A stretch of DNA of 64,000 nt from Candidatus Woesearchaeota archaeon (GCA_016180235.1 JACPBQ010000004.1:175674-239673), one strand, 5' to 3'. Shown: positions 45,666 to 56,078, counted from the first letter of the stretch. The notes: a model not told the origin generated them from the sequence alone. Translations and numbers: made by a program.

Positions 45666-46433
45666 ATGCAAGAAAACAAAAAAATAGTTCTAGTCACTGG
45701 AGCAAACAGAGGCATAGGTTTTGAGGCCTGCAGGCAGCTTGGAAAGAACGGCTTTAAGGTTATTTTGACCAGCAGGGACGAGAAAAAAGGAAAAGAAGCT
45801 GCTGAAAAGCTGAAAAAAGAGAAGCTGGACATAGTTTATCATCAGCTTGATGTCAAGGACGAGGAAAGCATAAAAAAACTGCATTCTTTTGCCGATGAGG
45901 AATTTGGAAGATTGGATGTCCTCGTGAATAATGCCGGCATATTCATTGACCAATTTAATGAAGAAGATAAAAACAAGGATGAAGAGTTCGGGCTTTCAGC
46001 AGATAATTTTGGCAATTCCAGCATATTTAAAATTAATGAGAAAGCTTACAGGGAAACCTTTGAAACCAATTTTTTCGGCCCCTTAAGGATGATGAGGGCA
46101 TTTATCCCGTTAATGATGAAAAACGGCTATGGAAGAGTTGTAAACATATCATCAGGCATGGGGCAGCTTTATGATATGAACGGCGGCTATCCCAGCTACA
46201 GGGTTTCGAAAACTGCCCTGAACGCATTGACAAGGATTTTCTCATCAGAAACCTCGAATTACAACATAAAAATCAATTCAATGTGCCCAGGCTGGGTAAA
46301 AACCGACATGGGCGGGCCAAACGCCGAGATAACGCCAAAACAAGCAGCAGATACAATAGTATGGCTGGCTATGCTTCCTGACAACGGTCCGACAGGAGGC
46401 TTTTTCAGGGATAAAAAGAAGATAGACTGGTAG
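45666..46433 (+). CDS. Short-chain dehydrogenase/reductase (carbonyl-reductase-like)
   Basis: VLVTGANRGIGFE, NNAG, SYRVSK. ATG at 45666, because the track extension (45591-45665) overlaps tRNA intron 2 and exon 3. Confidence 0.85.
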   Translation: MQENKKIVLVTGANRGIGFEACRQLGKNGFKVILTSRDEKKGKEAAEKLKKEKLDIVYHQLDVKDEESIKKLHSFADEEFGRLDVLVNNAGIFIDQFNEEDKNKDEEFGLSADNFGNSSIFKINEKAYRETFETNFFGPLRMMRAFIPLMMKNGYGRVVNISSGMGQLYDMNGGYPSYRVSKTALNALTRIFSSETSNYNIKINSMCPGWVKTDMGGPNAEITPKQAADTIVWLAMLPDNGPTGGFFRDKKKIDW

Positions 46434-46472
46434 GCTTGTTGCATAATTTATTTATACCCATGCCAATAATTC

Positions 46473-47921
46473 ATGCGCATGGGAAAAATCAAGAAAATAA
46501 TACTTGCCTTCTTCTTTTTTCTTATACTTCTCGGGATAATGCAGTTCACTGTCCCTTACATAATAGGATTTGACGGCTATTACAACATAAAAGCTGCTGA
46601 AATCATAAAGGAAAAAGGCTTCGTAAAAGAAGGGATAGCCCCGGAAAATACCATTTTAAATAAAAACTATGCCGATATACAGCTGCTTTTCAGGATTCTT
46701 CTGATACCTTTTACTTTCCTTGGCCTTGAATCCGTGGCAAAAACAGCGGCAATCCTGTTTGGAGCCATAGCATTCGCAGTTTTCTTTTGGTTTCTTCTGG
46801 AAAATAAGATAAGATATGCCTTTTTTTGGTCAGTGCTTTACCTTTTCACATCCGAGGCATTGATGTACAGGCTAATGCTGCCAAGGCAGATGCCCTTGGT
46901 CATTTCCCTGCTGTTATTGACAATTTATTTCCTGCAGAAAAGAAAATACATTTTTTTATTTTTTACCATGCTTGCGCATGCCTTATTGCACAGCAGCTTT
47001 GTTTTTCAGTTCATTATAATTATTTTTTACATTATTTTGGAAAAAACCGTTTCAAAAGAATTTAATTATAAAATAATTTTATATCCGTTTCTAGGAGTTA
47101 TAGCCGGATTTATTTTCAGCCCTTATTTTCCCAATAATATCGCTATGACTTACCTGCAGATCTTCAAGGTAAACCTTGTCGGGAACCTCTACAATGCTGA
47201 ATGGAAGCCATGGCCGATTTTTGATTTTATAAAAAACAATATCCTTGTTCTGACTTATTTTGCAATCATAGCATCAGTAATTTTTAAGAGAAAAAAAATA
47301 AATAAAAATGAGCTTTTTTTCCTTTTATCGGCATTGTTTTTCCTTGCTTATACTGTTTTGTCAAGGAGGATGGAGGAATACCTTGTGCCATTTTCGATAA
47401 TAGCGCTGGCATTGATCCTGAATGATCATATTTCCATATCCGATAAAAATAAACCATTCCCATATATAAGATATGGTGCTATAATTTTCCTTATGATTAT
47501 TTCTGGGATTAATTTTGCAATTTTGAGGGAAGACATAAGAAACAACACCTTTTTGCATAATTTTGAAGATTGCTCTGCATGGATGGCTGATAATGTCCCG
47601 AAAAACTCATTGGTTTTTGTGAATGCCTATGCATTCCCCTACCTGTTCTTTAAGAACAGCGATGTGAAGTATACGCACGGAATTGATCTGACATATTCTT
47701 ACCTTTATGACCGGGAAAAATTTGAAAGGTACATGGGGATTTTGCAGGGAACGCTTAGATCAGATGAGGATTATATACTCAAGGACTATAATCCTGATTA
47801 TCTTTTCTCGGGAAAGGTAAAGCAGGATGTGCAGCTATTCAACCATATTGTAGCGCATAAGGAAAACTATAAGTCTGTGTATGAGGATGAATGGTGCGCT
47901 GTCCTCATGGTTGAAGGCTGA
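46473..47921 (+). CDS. Polytopic membrane protein, possibly a GT-C-type glycosyltransferase
   Basis: ~11 predicted TM helices followed by a soluble C-terminal domain. No catalytic motif verified. Confidence 0.5.
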   Translation: MRMGKIKKIILAFFFFLILLGIMQFTVPYIIGFDGYYNIKAAEIIKEKGFVKEGIAPENTILNKNYADIQLLFRILLIPFTFLGLESVAKTAAILFGAIAFAVFFWFLLENKIRYAFFWSVLYLFTSEALMYRLMLPRQMPLVISLLLLTIYFLQKRKYIFLFFTMLAHALLHSSFVFQFIIIIFYIILEKTVSKEFNYKIILYPFLGVIAGFIFSPYFPNNIAMTYLQIFKVNLVGNLYNAEWKPWPIFDFIKNNILVLTYFAIIASVIFKRKKINKNELFFLLSALFFLAYTVLSRRMEEYLVPFSIIALALILNDHISISDKNKPFPYIRYGAIIFLMIISGINFAILREDIRNNTFLHNFEDCSAWMADNVPKNSLVFVNAYAFPYLFFKNSDVKYTHGIDLTYSYLYDREKFERYMGILQGTLRSDEDYILKDYNPDYLFSGKVKQDVQLFNHIVAHKENYKSVYEDEWCAVLMVEG

Positions 47922-47958
47922 GTAAATATTTATAAACTTGCCAAGGTTTTACTGGCGA

Positions 47959-49287
47959 ATGATTGAAATTTACGCAGTTGGCGGCTATAACGAAGTCGGG
48001 AAGAACTGCACTGCAATCAAGGTCGATGATGAGGTTGTGGTAATAGACTTGGGCATTCACCTAGAAAATTACATAAAGCTGACAGAAGACGAAGACATCC
48101 TGAACATAAGCACGGATAAGCTGATGAAAGTAGGGGCTATTCCTGATATTTCCTCGCTAAACAAGGTAATGGGCAAGGTAAAAGCGGTTATAATAAGCCA
48201 TGCCCATCTTGACCATCTTGGAGCGGTCCCGTACCTTGCAGACAGGTTTGATGCCCCGATAATAGGGACGCCATTCACAATTGAAGTCATAAGAAGCATA
48301 CTGAATGAGGATAAGATAACTTTAAGGAACAAGATAATAACTTTAAACTCGAATTCTTCGTACAATATCTCGGATAAGATAAAAGTTGAATTTATACATA
48401 TTACCCATTCAACCCCACAAACAGCTTTAGTTGCTATTCATACAAAATACGGGACAATCCTTTATGCCAATGATTTCAAACTGGACATGCACCCTGTCCT
48501 CGGCAAAAAGCCGAATTTCAAAAGAATGGAAGAACTTGGAAAAGAGAATGTAACTGCACTGGTCGTTGAATCGACTTATGCAAATGATGCAAGGAAGATG
48601 CCGTCAGAGAGCATCGCAAAAGAGATGCTGAGGGAAGCGATGCTGGAAACGGAAAACAAGAACAACATAATAATTGTAACTACATTCTCATCGCACATAG
48701 CAAGGCTGAAATCAGTAATAGAGTTCGGAAAAAAGCTGAACAGGAAAGTGGTTTTCATGGGCAGATCATTGGCAAAATATGCAAAGGCCGCTGAGAATAT
48801 AGGCATAGTCAATTTCTCGAAGGATGTTGAGATGGTAAAGTACGGGAAGCAGATAAAGAAGAAGCTGAAAAAGATCGAGAAGGAAAGGGAGAAATATGTG
48901 CTTGCGGTTACCGGGCACCAGGGAGAGCATAAATCTGTCCTTTACAGGCTCATGAGGGGAGAATTTGACTTCAGGTTTTCACCGGAAGACAGCGTGATAT
49001 TCTCATGCAAAGTAATACCCACACCAACAAACATAGCAAACAGGGAAGCGCTTGAAAGCGAGCTGAAGCAGCGCGGAGTAAGGGTATTTAAGGATGTGCA
49101 CCAGTCAGGGCATGCTGCAAGAGAGGACTTAAGGGAATTCATAGCGCTCCTGAAGCCCAAAAATGTCATTCCTGCGCACGGGAACAATGAGATGAAAGAA
49201 TCTTTGGCAGACCTTGCAGCCGAGATGGGATACCAGGATAAGAACATATTTCTGGTAAAGGACGGCCATAAGGTCGTTATATCCTAA
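47959..49287 (+). CDS. RNase J-like beta-CASP metallo-beta-lactamase ribonuclease
   Basis: ISHAHLDHLGAVPYL (HxHxDH), later HITHS and HQSGHA motifs, ~440 aa. Confidence 0.8.
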   Translation: MIEIYAVGGYNEVGKNCTAIKVDDEVVVIDLGIHLENYIKLTEDEDILNISTDKLMKVGAIPDISSLNKVMGKVKAVIISHAHLDHLGAVPYLADRFDAPIIGTPFTIEVIRSILNEDKITLRNKIITLNSNSSYNISDKIKVEFIHITHSTPQTALVAIHTKYGTILYANDFKLDMHPVLGKKPNFKRMEELGKENVTALVVESTYANDARKMPSESIAKEMLREAMLETENKNNIIIVTTFSSHIARLKSVIEFGKKLNRKVVFMGRSLAKYAKAAENIGIVNFSKDVEMVKYGKQIKKKLKKIEKEREKYVLAVTGHQGEHKSVLYRLMRGEFDFRFSPEDSVIFSCKVIPTPTNIANREALESELKQRGVRVFKDVHQSGHAAREDLREFIALLKPKNVIPAHGNNEMKESLADLAAEMGYQDKNIFLVKDGHKVVIS

Positions 49288-49362
49288 AAAAATCTTGTTT
49301 TTTGTGCATAACCACAAAAATTATAAAGAGCCCCAGGTTAGCAGGCTTCTGGGGGATTTGAC

Positions 49363-50103
49363 ATGAAGCTTACTCTTGCAGAGCCAAAATATCTAAAGGA
49401 GAGCATATCTATAATTTCCGACCTTGTCAATGAGGCAAGGTTCAAGGTCAACAAGGAAGGCATAGAATTAGTTGCCATGGACCCTGCAAATGTAGCCATG
49501 GTGATATTCAAGCTTCTCAGCAGCACCTTTACAGAATATGATGTCAAAAAGGATGTTGAGATTGCCATTAACTTAAGCAATTTAAAGCAGATAATGAGAA
49601 GGGCCAAGCCGAATGACATGCTTACCTTGGAATTGGACCCTGACAATAAGCTGAAGATACAGCTGAAAGGTGACAATGTAAGGACTTTTAACCTGCCCAT
49701 AATAGAGCTTGATGAAAAAGAGCAAAAAATACCAGAGTTAAACTTTGCTGTCAGCATAAAGATCCCTTCTGCTGTCTTGAACGAGGCTGTCGAGGATGTT
49801 GATGTTGTTGCTGAGTCAGTTGCATTTATTGCAGAGCCAAAGAAGTTCACAATTTATGCTGAAGGGGACCTAAGCCAGGCAAAGATAGAGATAAAGGAAG
49901 GAGAGAATGTAAAGATAAAGGCTGATGAGAAGGCAAAGGCAAAATACAGCGTTGAATACCTAAAGAAGATGATAAGCGGCAGCAAGATAGCGGATGACGT
50001 TTCAATTTACTTCAATAATGACTACCCATTAAAGCTTGAATATAAGACAGTCGATAAGGTGATGCTGAGCTTCATCCTTGCCCCTAGGGTAGAGAACGAC
50101 TGA
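49363..50103 (+). CDS. pcn: DNA polymerase sliding clamp (PCNA)
   Basis: 246 aa with a two-domain repeat. Typical LVNEARFKVNKEGIELVAMDPANVAMV. Confidence 0.9.
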   Translation: MKLTLAEPKYLKESISIISDLVNEARFKVNKEGIELVAMDPANVAMVIFKLLSSTFTEYDVKKDVEIAINLSNLKQIMRRAKPNDMLTLELDPDNKLKIQLKGDNVRTFNLPIIELDEKEQKIPELNFAVSIKIPSAVLNEAVEDVDVVAESVAFIAEPKKFTIYAEGDLSQAKIEIKEGENVKIKADEKAKAKYSVEYLKKMISGSKIADDVSIYFNNDYPLKLEYKTVDKVMLSFILAPRVEND

Positions 50104-50141
50104 GCATAATATTTATAAACAAGAATTCTAATTTTCCGGAT

Positions 50142-50627
50142 ATGAATGAAGCAATTTCTTTCCTGAAAGAATGGTTCATAAGATTTCTCCAGAACAGGGA
50201 TTTAGTCAGGAGGAATATAGTAAGCATCGACAGCAATGAAGGACCTGAGCTTAAGGTAAATTACAGGGATAAGGCTGTCAATTTTTCGATCGTGCCTGAT
50301 TTAGACGGAAGCATTTTTGAAAAAGCATGCAATAAAGAGGATTCTGGATTTGTTATCCTAAATAACGATCAAAACCTGAAATTTGTGCATATCAACTGGA
50401 AAAAGCTGGCTGAAAACAAATCAATGGTGCTGTATTTCATAAATCCATTTTCCAATACAGACAAAGCGTGGATACTTTATCCCGGTGTGCATGATAAGAT
50501 ATGCGACAAAAGCTCTTTGGAAACGGGCCTTAAAGCAATGGCAGAGATGGTAGAACCAATAAATTATGAAAAAGTCGCAGAAAGGCTCACACCAAGAAAA
50601 CAAGCATCTGCCCAACAAAGCCGCTGA
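50142..50627 (+). CDS. Hypothetical protein
   Basis: 161-aa ORF with no motif recognised. Its 3' end overlaps the convergent gene 50587..51180. Confidence 0.45.
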   Translation: MNEAISFLKEWFIRFLQNRDLVRRNIVSIDSNEGPELKVNYRDKAVNFSIVPDLDGSIFEKACNKEDSGFVILNNDQNLKFVHINWKKLAENKSMVLYFINPFSNTDKAWILYPGVHDKICDKSSLETGLKAMAEMVEPINYEKVAERLTPRKQASAQQSR

Positions 50628-51180
50628 CAACCGGCACTATCAGGTTATCATCCAGCTCGTCAACCATTGTTTCTGTTATTGTCGCGACAAACGCCATTAT
50701 AATCAGTATGTATATGTTTATTGCGAAGAGAAGGCTTATCAAGACTGCCACTATAAGGTTTGTGACAAGCTCGGACGCAAAGCCTACAACGGTCTTGTTC
50801 TTGAATAAGATGGCTGTCCCGTATTTTTTCCCCGCGATCGCTGCTGCCATATCCCCAAAGGTTGTCATTAACAAGGCTGCGAGCGCGATTGCAGTGTCAA
50901 ATACCGCAAATGCGATTATTGTTGAGCAAAGGAAGAAGATAACGCCATAAACCCTGTATTGCTCCTTAGGCCTTATGAACTGGTGGAAAAAAGGCAGCTT
51001 GAAATTTAGATCTAATCTCAGGTATTCAAGTATGAGGAAGATTAGAAGCAAACCAACCAAGAAAAGAAGCGCTGCCTGCTGGCCTGCCTGGTTCTTTATT
51101 GTGAAGAAAAGGACAAGAACTATCAAGATTATTATGTGGATTATTTTTCTGCCTATCTCGCTAAAGAAACCCAATGGCAT
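50587..51180 (-). CDS. Polyprenol kinase / CTP-transferase family membrane protein (paralogue of 32746..33339)
   Basis: TFGDMAAAIAGKKYGT...KNKTVVGFAS motif; polytopic. Confidence 0.5.
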   Translation of the reverse strand: MPLGFFSEIGRKIIHIIILIVLVLFFTIKNQAGQQAALLFLVGLLLIFLILEYLRLDLNFKLPFFHQFIRPKEQYRVYGVIFFLCSTIIAFAVFDTAIALAALLMTTFGDMAAAIAGKKYGTAILFKNKTVVGFASELVTNLIVAVLISLLFAINIYILIIMAFVATITETMVDELDDNLIVPVVSGFVGQMLVFLV

Positions 51181-51326
51181 ATCCGATGATTGGGAGCGTT
51201 TTAGTATATATAACTTTCCAAATTGCGTCTGATTTCCAAAACCAGATGAAAAACAGGTTTTTCGAGGTTGCGAAAAAACGAAGTTTTTTCCACAACCTTT
51301 TTAAACGCCTTAGAGTTAGTTTTGAC

Positions 51327-51827
51327 ATGAATTCAATAGACAAATTCAAGGACGAAAAAGGCATAATTAAGAGAGAAAACATCAAGAAAGTGATACCTTA
51401 CGAAGACCCTTTTCTTATGATTGACAGGGTATTAAGCCTTGATAAAAAAAATATTATAGCGGAGAAGGATGTAAAGGCCGATGAATATTATTTCAATGGC
51501 CATTTTAAAGGCTTTCCGATAATGCCCGGAGCATTGATTGTTGAAGGGCTTGGCCAGGCAGCTACACTGCTGATAAGATATAACATACCTGACCATGAAA
51601 ACAAGGATGTCCTGGCCTACAAGATAAGAAATGCCAAATTTTTCAGGCCGACTTTTCCGGGCCATACTTTGAGGTTTGAGGCAAGGCTTGTTTTTAAGTT
51701 CAAGATGGCGTGGTTCGTAAACGGCATTGTGTACAGGGATGAGAAGATAGTGTCAAAGGTTAAGATGGTCTTGGCTGTTGTTGACAGGGAAAAATTCAGG
51801 GGAAAATATTCGGGTAAAAAGGCATAA
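51327..51827 (+). CDS. fabZ: FabZ-like 3-hydroxyacyl-thioester dehydratase (hotdog fold)
   Basis: IPYEDPFLMIDRVLSL...YYFNGHFKGFPIMPGALIVEGLGQAA matches PHRxPFLLVDRV...FFxGHFPxxPxxPGVLxxEAxAQ. Confidence 0.8.
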   Translation: MNSIDKFKDEKGIIKRENIKKVIPYEDPFLMIDRVLSLDKKNIIAEKDVKADEYYFNGHFKGFPIMPGALIVEGLGQAATLLIRYNIPDHENKDVLAYKIRNAKFFRPTFPGHTLRFEARLVFKFKMAWFVNGIVYRDEKIVSKVKMVLAVVDREKFRGKYSGKKA

Positions 51828-51828
51828 A

Positions 51829-52778
51829 ATGAAAAGATATGTCAAAGGAGCCGGAATGACGAAATTCGGGGTGCTGGATAAGAACAGCCAGGAATTGTGC
51901 TACGAAGCTATAACGGAAGCATTGGAAGATGCGAACATGTCCCTTAGAGAAATAGATGAGATAGTCATTTCCAAAGGAGAATCTATTTATGACGGAGAAA
52001 GGCAAAGGCTTTTTCCCGGCGTGCTGAGCAGCATACTGCAGGACGAAAATATTCCAATGATAAGGGTCACGGCTGCCTGCAGCGGCGGAGGGGGAGCATT
52101 CTGGAATGCTGTGCATTCTGAAGCCAACAATGTTCTTGTTGTAGGCGTAGAGAAGCTTACTTCTGCCCTAACCAAGTACGTGACTGATGATTTCATGATG
52201 GCTTCTGAAAGAGTATACGAGCAGGCTGAAGGGCTAAATTTTCCGGCGCAGAATGCGCTTGTTGCGCAGCAATATATGTTGAGGTATGGTGCAGATTCCA
52301 GTGACCTTGGGCTGGTTGCGCTAAAGAACCATGATAATGCCTTCAATAATCCAAAGGCAAGGTTCTTCGGGAAGCGCAATAATAAGCAATGACAAAAGCA
52401 GCATTGAAATTGCTGCTTCATCCCTGTATGCGAGCAGGCTCCCGACTTTTGAGAGCGATGACATGACCAGCTGGGAAGCTACAGTTTTTGCCTCACAGGC
52501 TGCATATAAGGAAGCAAAGATGAATCCAGAAGACATAAACTTTGCCGAGCTGCATGACGCTTTTACGCCTGTTGAGCTTATGAGCTATGAAGACCTTGGA
52601 TTCTGCAAAAAAGGAAAGGGAAAGGATATGATAAGGAAAGGCATTACCAATATCAACGGAAAGCTGCCGGTAAATGCTTCCGGAGGCCTGAAAGCATAAT
52701 AAGATAGGGCTGGCACATAACGTAGGAGGTGCTGGAAGCACAGTTACAGTGCATATTCTAAAGAATATCGGAGGCTGA
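51829..52778 (+). pseudogene. Thiolase-like (SCP-x / archaeal acetoacetyl-CoA thiolase type) gene, disrupted
   Basis: Reads in three frames: 51829-52392 (stop after FFGKRNNKQ), 52331-52699 (..VNASGGLKA stop), 52701-52778 (KIGLAHNVGGAGSTVTVHILK). Relative to its paralogue it lacks ~75 nt (IENSPIIASPLRLFDCSISVNGAAA) and the GHPxGATG..QLRGEAGKRQV segment. Confidence 0.65.
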
Positions 52779-52779
52779 A

Positions 52780-54252
52780 ATGATCATTAGATGGATCTGC
52801 GAGAAAGACAGGAAGAAATGGATATATCCTGTTGAAAAGTGCATATACTGCAAGGGCCCTGTCAAAAAGATTATCAGCAGGGAAGCAAAAATAATTGGCA
52901 TGACAAAAGTAAATGTTCCTTCTCCATTGCATCCTATTGTGCCGTATAATGTCGTGCTTCTCCAGGATGAGCATGGGAACAGGATGCCAAAAAAAACCAT
53001 GAAAGATTATAAGATAGGCGATACTTACAGCATTAAAAAGCCCAAAAGCAAAAATGCAGTCATAGTAACAAAGATAAAATACGATCTCAGGGAAGCACTT
53101 AAAGAATCGCTCGAGCTTATTGGATATTCTGGCTTAAAGGAAGGGGACAAAGTCCTTATCAAGCCAAGCATCATAGAGCCTGCGTACCATTATCAGGCTG
53201 TAGATACCAGCCCAAAGCTCATGGATGCTTTGCTTGGTATTCTAAAGGAAAAAGGAATTACCGATGTTGTTGTTGCAGAACAGTCGTGGCCCGGGAATGG
53301 TACTATAGCATCTGCAGAAAAAGCAGGCATAACAGAAGCATGCAACAAATATGGATGTAAAATTCTTGACCTGAAGAACTCGGAATATACTGAAAAAGAA
53401 ACGGACGGGATGAAGTTCAATATTGGCAATGAAGTTTTTGAAAGGAAAGTGATAAATGTCCCGGTGCTAAAGACAAATTCCCAAATTCTGGTTTCCGGGG
53501 CCATGGAAAACATGATCAGGGTCACTGACAGCAAAACGCAGGAGATGATGTACTCTAATGATATAGAAAAGACCCTGCCAAAGCTGATTAAAGCCCTTCC
53601 GGAATTTTTAACAATAGGGGATGGCACAATAGGAATGCATGCGCAAGGGCCAACTTCGCTTGGAGACCCGGCTTTCCTAAATATGCTCCTCATAAGCAAT
53701 GATGCTGTGGCTTTGGATGCTGTATTTGCCGAGATTGGCATGCTGCCAAAGCCGGAATATGTAAAGGAAGCAGATTCTATAGGGGCAGGGGAAGGAATTG
53801 TAAAGAATATCGAGGTTGTTGGAGAAGACCTTGAGGCTGTGAAGCTCAACCTTAAGCCTGCTTCGAAAGAAGCTACCGGCCATCCGAGAATCAAGCTGAT
53901 AGACGGGAAGTCGAGCCCTGCGATTTTTAATGAGGCTTTGGGTGTCAGCTCAAAGCTTATAGGGCTTTCAGGCTACCAGATGCACCTGGCCATAGGCAAA
54001 TTCATAGAAAAAGGAATGACTGCTGAGAAGGAAAGGATTGTCGCTTACGGGAAGGATGCGATAGAAAAGATGAGGGAGCTTGGAGTCAAAACAGCTGCTG
54101 AAATTCCGGAAGACATGGAGAGCATGGAAAAAATTGTGCTGATAAAGAGCATACTTGAGGACCAGAAAAAAGAGACCATCAATGCTGCTGACAGGATAAA
54201 GTCAAAGATTGCAAGTTTTGGGATGAAATTGAAAAAAAACTTTTCAAAATGA
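52780..54252 (+). CDS. DUF35 (Zn-ribbon + OB fold) fused to a DUF362 domain
   Basis: N-terminus CEKDRKKWIYPVEKCIYCKG...PYNVVLLQDEHGNRM (DUF35). VLIKPSI...DTSPKLMDALLGILKEKG...INVPVLKTNSQILVSGAMEN (DUF362). Confidence 0.65.
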   Translation: MIIRWICEKDRKKWIYPVEKCIYCKGPVKKIISREAKIIGMTKVNVPSPLHPIVPYNVVLLQDEHGNRMPKKTMKDYKIGDTYSIKKPKSKNAVIVTKIKYDLREALKESLELIGYSGLKEGDKVLIKPSIIEPAYHYQAVDTSPKLMDALLGILKEKGITDVVVAEQSWPGNGTIASAEKAGITEACNKYGCKILDLKNSEYTEKETDGMKFNIGNEVFERKVINVPVLKTNSQILVSGAMENMIRVTDSKTQEMMYSNDIEKTLPKLIKALPEFLTIGDGTIGMHAQGPTSLGDPAFLNMLLISNDAVALDAVFAEIGMLPKPEYVKEADSIGAGEGIVKNIEVVGEDLEAVKLNLKPASKEATGHPRIKLIDGKSSPAIFNEALGVSSKLIGLSGYQMHLAIGKFIEKGMTAEKERIVAYGKDAIEKMRELGVKTAAEIPEDMESMEKIVLIKSILEDQKKETINAADRIKSKIASFGMKLKKNFSK

Positions 54253-55318
54253 AAACTTACATCAAGGGAGCAGGAATGACAAAATTCGATGTAGAAAGGA
54301 GAGGCTCTTTTGAAAGGATTTTGGAATGCACCAATGAGGCGCTTGAAAGCGCAGACATGAATTTTGATGATATAGATGTCATATTTTCCTCGAGCTCGGA
54401 AGGCGGAAGAAACGAGGAAAGGCAGAAGCACCAGGGGCCGATGCTGAGCAGCCTATTCAGGAAAAACATACCGATACTCAATGTCAGGGCCGGCTGCGCG
54501 GGCGGCGGAGTGGCATTCTGGAATGCGATAAACCATCTTCATTCCTCTGATGCAAAAAACATACTTATAGCGGGCTATGACAATGTCGTCTCTTCAAACA
54601 ATGATATACTGACAGATGAGATACTGATGGGCGGCGAGCGCCTTTATGAGCAGACAGAAGGCCTGATATTTCCGGCGCAGAATGCGCTTGTTGCGCAGCA
54701 ATACATGTTGAGGTATGGTGCAGATTCCAGTGACCTTGGGCTGGTTGCGCTAAAGAACCATGATAATGCCTTCAATAATCCAAAGGCAAGGTTCTTCGGG
54801 AAGATTGAGAATTCTCCGATCATAGCATCCCCTTTGAGGCTTTTTGACTGCAGCATCTCTGTAAACGGCGCTGCTGCCGCAATAATAAGCAAGAATAAAA
54901 GCGACATTGAGGTGGCAGGCTATGGCATGGTAACAACTAATCTGTCTGCCATCGAAAGAGAGGACATGACTTCAATGGAAGCTACTATCAAGGCTTCAGA
55001 TATAGCTTACAGCATGGCAGGAATAAATCCATCTAATGTCGATATAGCAGAGCTGCATGACGCTTTTACGCCATTGGAGCTTGTTTCTTATGAAGACCTG
55101 GGATTCTGCAAAAAAGGAAAGGGAAAGGATATGATAAGGAAAGGCATTACCAATATCAACGGAAAGCTGCCGGTAAATGCTTCCGGAGGCCTGAAAGCAA
55201 GCAGATGAGGAAGGAAGCTGGAAAAAGGCAGGTTGATAATACAGATGTTGCTCTTGCACAGAATATCGGCGGCGTAGGCACCATGGCTGCAGTGCATATA
55301 CTAAAGAAAGCAAAGTAA
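54249..55318 (+). pseudogene. Thiolase-like paralogue with a frame-breaking internal deletion near the C-terminus
   Basis: The main frame stops at 55208 right after VNASGGLKASR. The expected continuation QMRKEAGKRQVDNTDVALAQNIGGVGTMAAVHILKKAK is in another frame (55202-55318). The GHPxGATG segment between them is absent. Confidence 0.6.
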
Positions 55319-56077
55319 TCATTTTTTCTTCTTCATAAAACTGTCAAGCAGTTCCTTATTCTCCATGCTCCTTGAGCATTTTATGTATGATTCTGCTTCA
55401 AAATTATCAAGAAGATCTTTTTTGAATGAAGAATTTATGGATTTTTTTGTCAGGTATAAAGCATGCACGGGCTTTTCTGCTATTTTTTTAAGCAATGAAC
55501 CCATAAATTCCTTAATTTTTTTCTCTGAAACCAAAAAGTCTGCAAGGCCCCACTCAACAGCTTTTTTGCCTCCTATGGATTCTCCGGTGAAAAACATATA
55601 CTTTGCCCTTCCGGAACCGATAAGCCTCGGAAGCCTTTTTGTTGCGCCAAGAGGGGCTACTGTTCCCAGAGATACTTCAGGGTGCAGGAATTTTGCATTT
55701 TCAGTGGCTATCCTGATGTCGCATGCCATTGCCAATTCATTACCGCCGCCTACCGCATAGCCATCGATAAGAGCTATGAAAACCTGCGGCATGCTCTCCA
55801 TCCTCGAAAAGGTTTTTTGCACAAAAGAAATTTGCGCTTTTGCCTCCTGCTTTGAGAGGGTCCCGATCTCCTTCTCCCATTCTATATCCCCGCCGGAAGA
55901 AAAAGCCTTTCCGTTGCCGGCAACCACCACAACTCTTACCCTGCTTTTGGCTATCTTATCAAGAATATTGCTGAGCTCTTTGATTGTGTGGAAGTCAAAA
56001 GAATTGAGCTTTTTTGGGTTATTAAATGCTATATGCCCAACAAGACCATCTCCCCTGTACAAGATTTTTTTGTCCAT
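55319..56077 (-). CDS. Enoyl-CoA hydratase/isomerase (crotonase) family
   Basis: VVVAGNGKAFSSGGDI, DGYAVGGGNELAMACDIRIA. Confidence 0.85.
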   Translation of the reverse strand: MDKKILYRGDGLVGHIAFNNPKKLNSFDFHTIKELSNILDKIAKSRVRVVVVAGNGKAFSSGGDIEWEKEIGTLSKQEAKAQISFVQKTFSRMESMPQVFIALIDGYAVGGGNELAMACDIRIATENAKFLHPEVSLGTVAPLGATKRLPRLIGSGRAKYMFFTGESIGGKKAVEWGLADFLVSEKKIKEFMGSLLKKIAEKPVHALYLTKKSINSSFKKDLLDNFEAESYIKCSRSMENKELLDSFMKKKK

Positions 56078-56078
56078 T

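Noticed and set aside
51174-51326. N-terminal extensions of fabZ (51174-51326) and of thiolase 1 (51778-51828)
   Set aside because: The extensions overlap the neighbouring genes or their promoters and add non-homologous sequence. The conserved N-termini start at the ATG at 51327 and the ATG at 51829.
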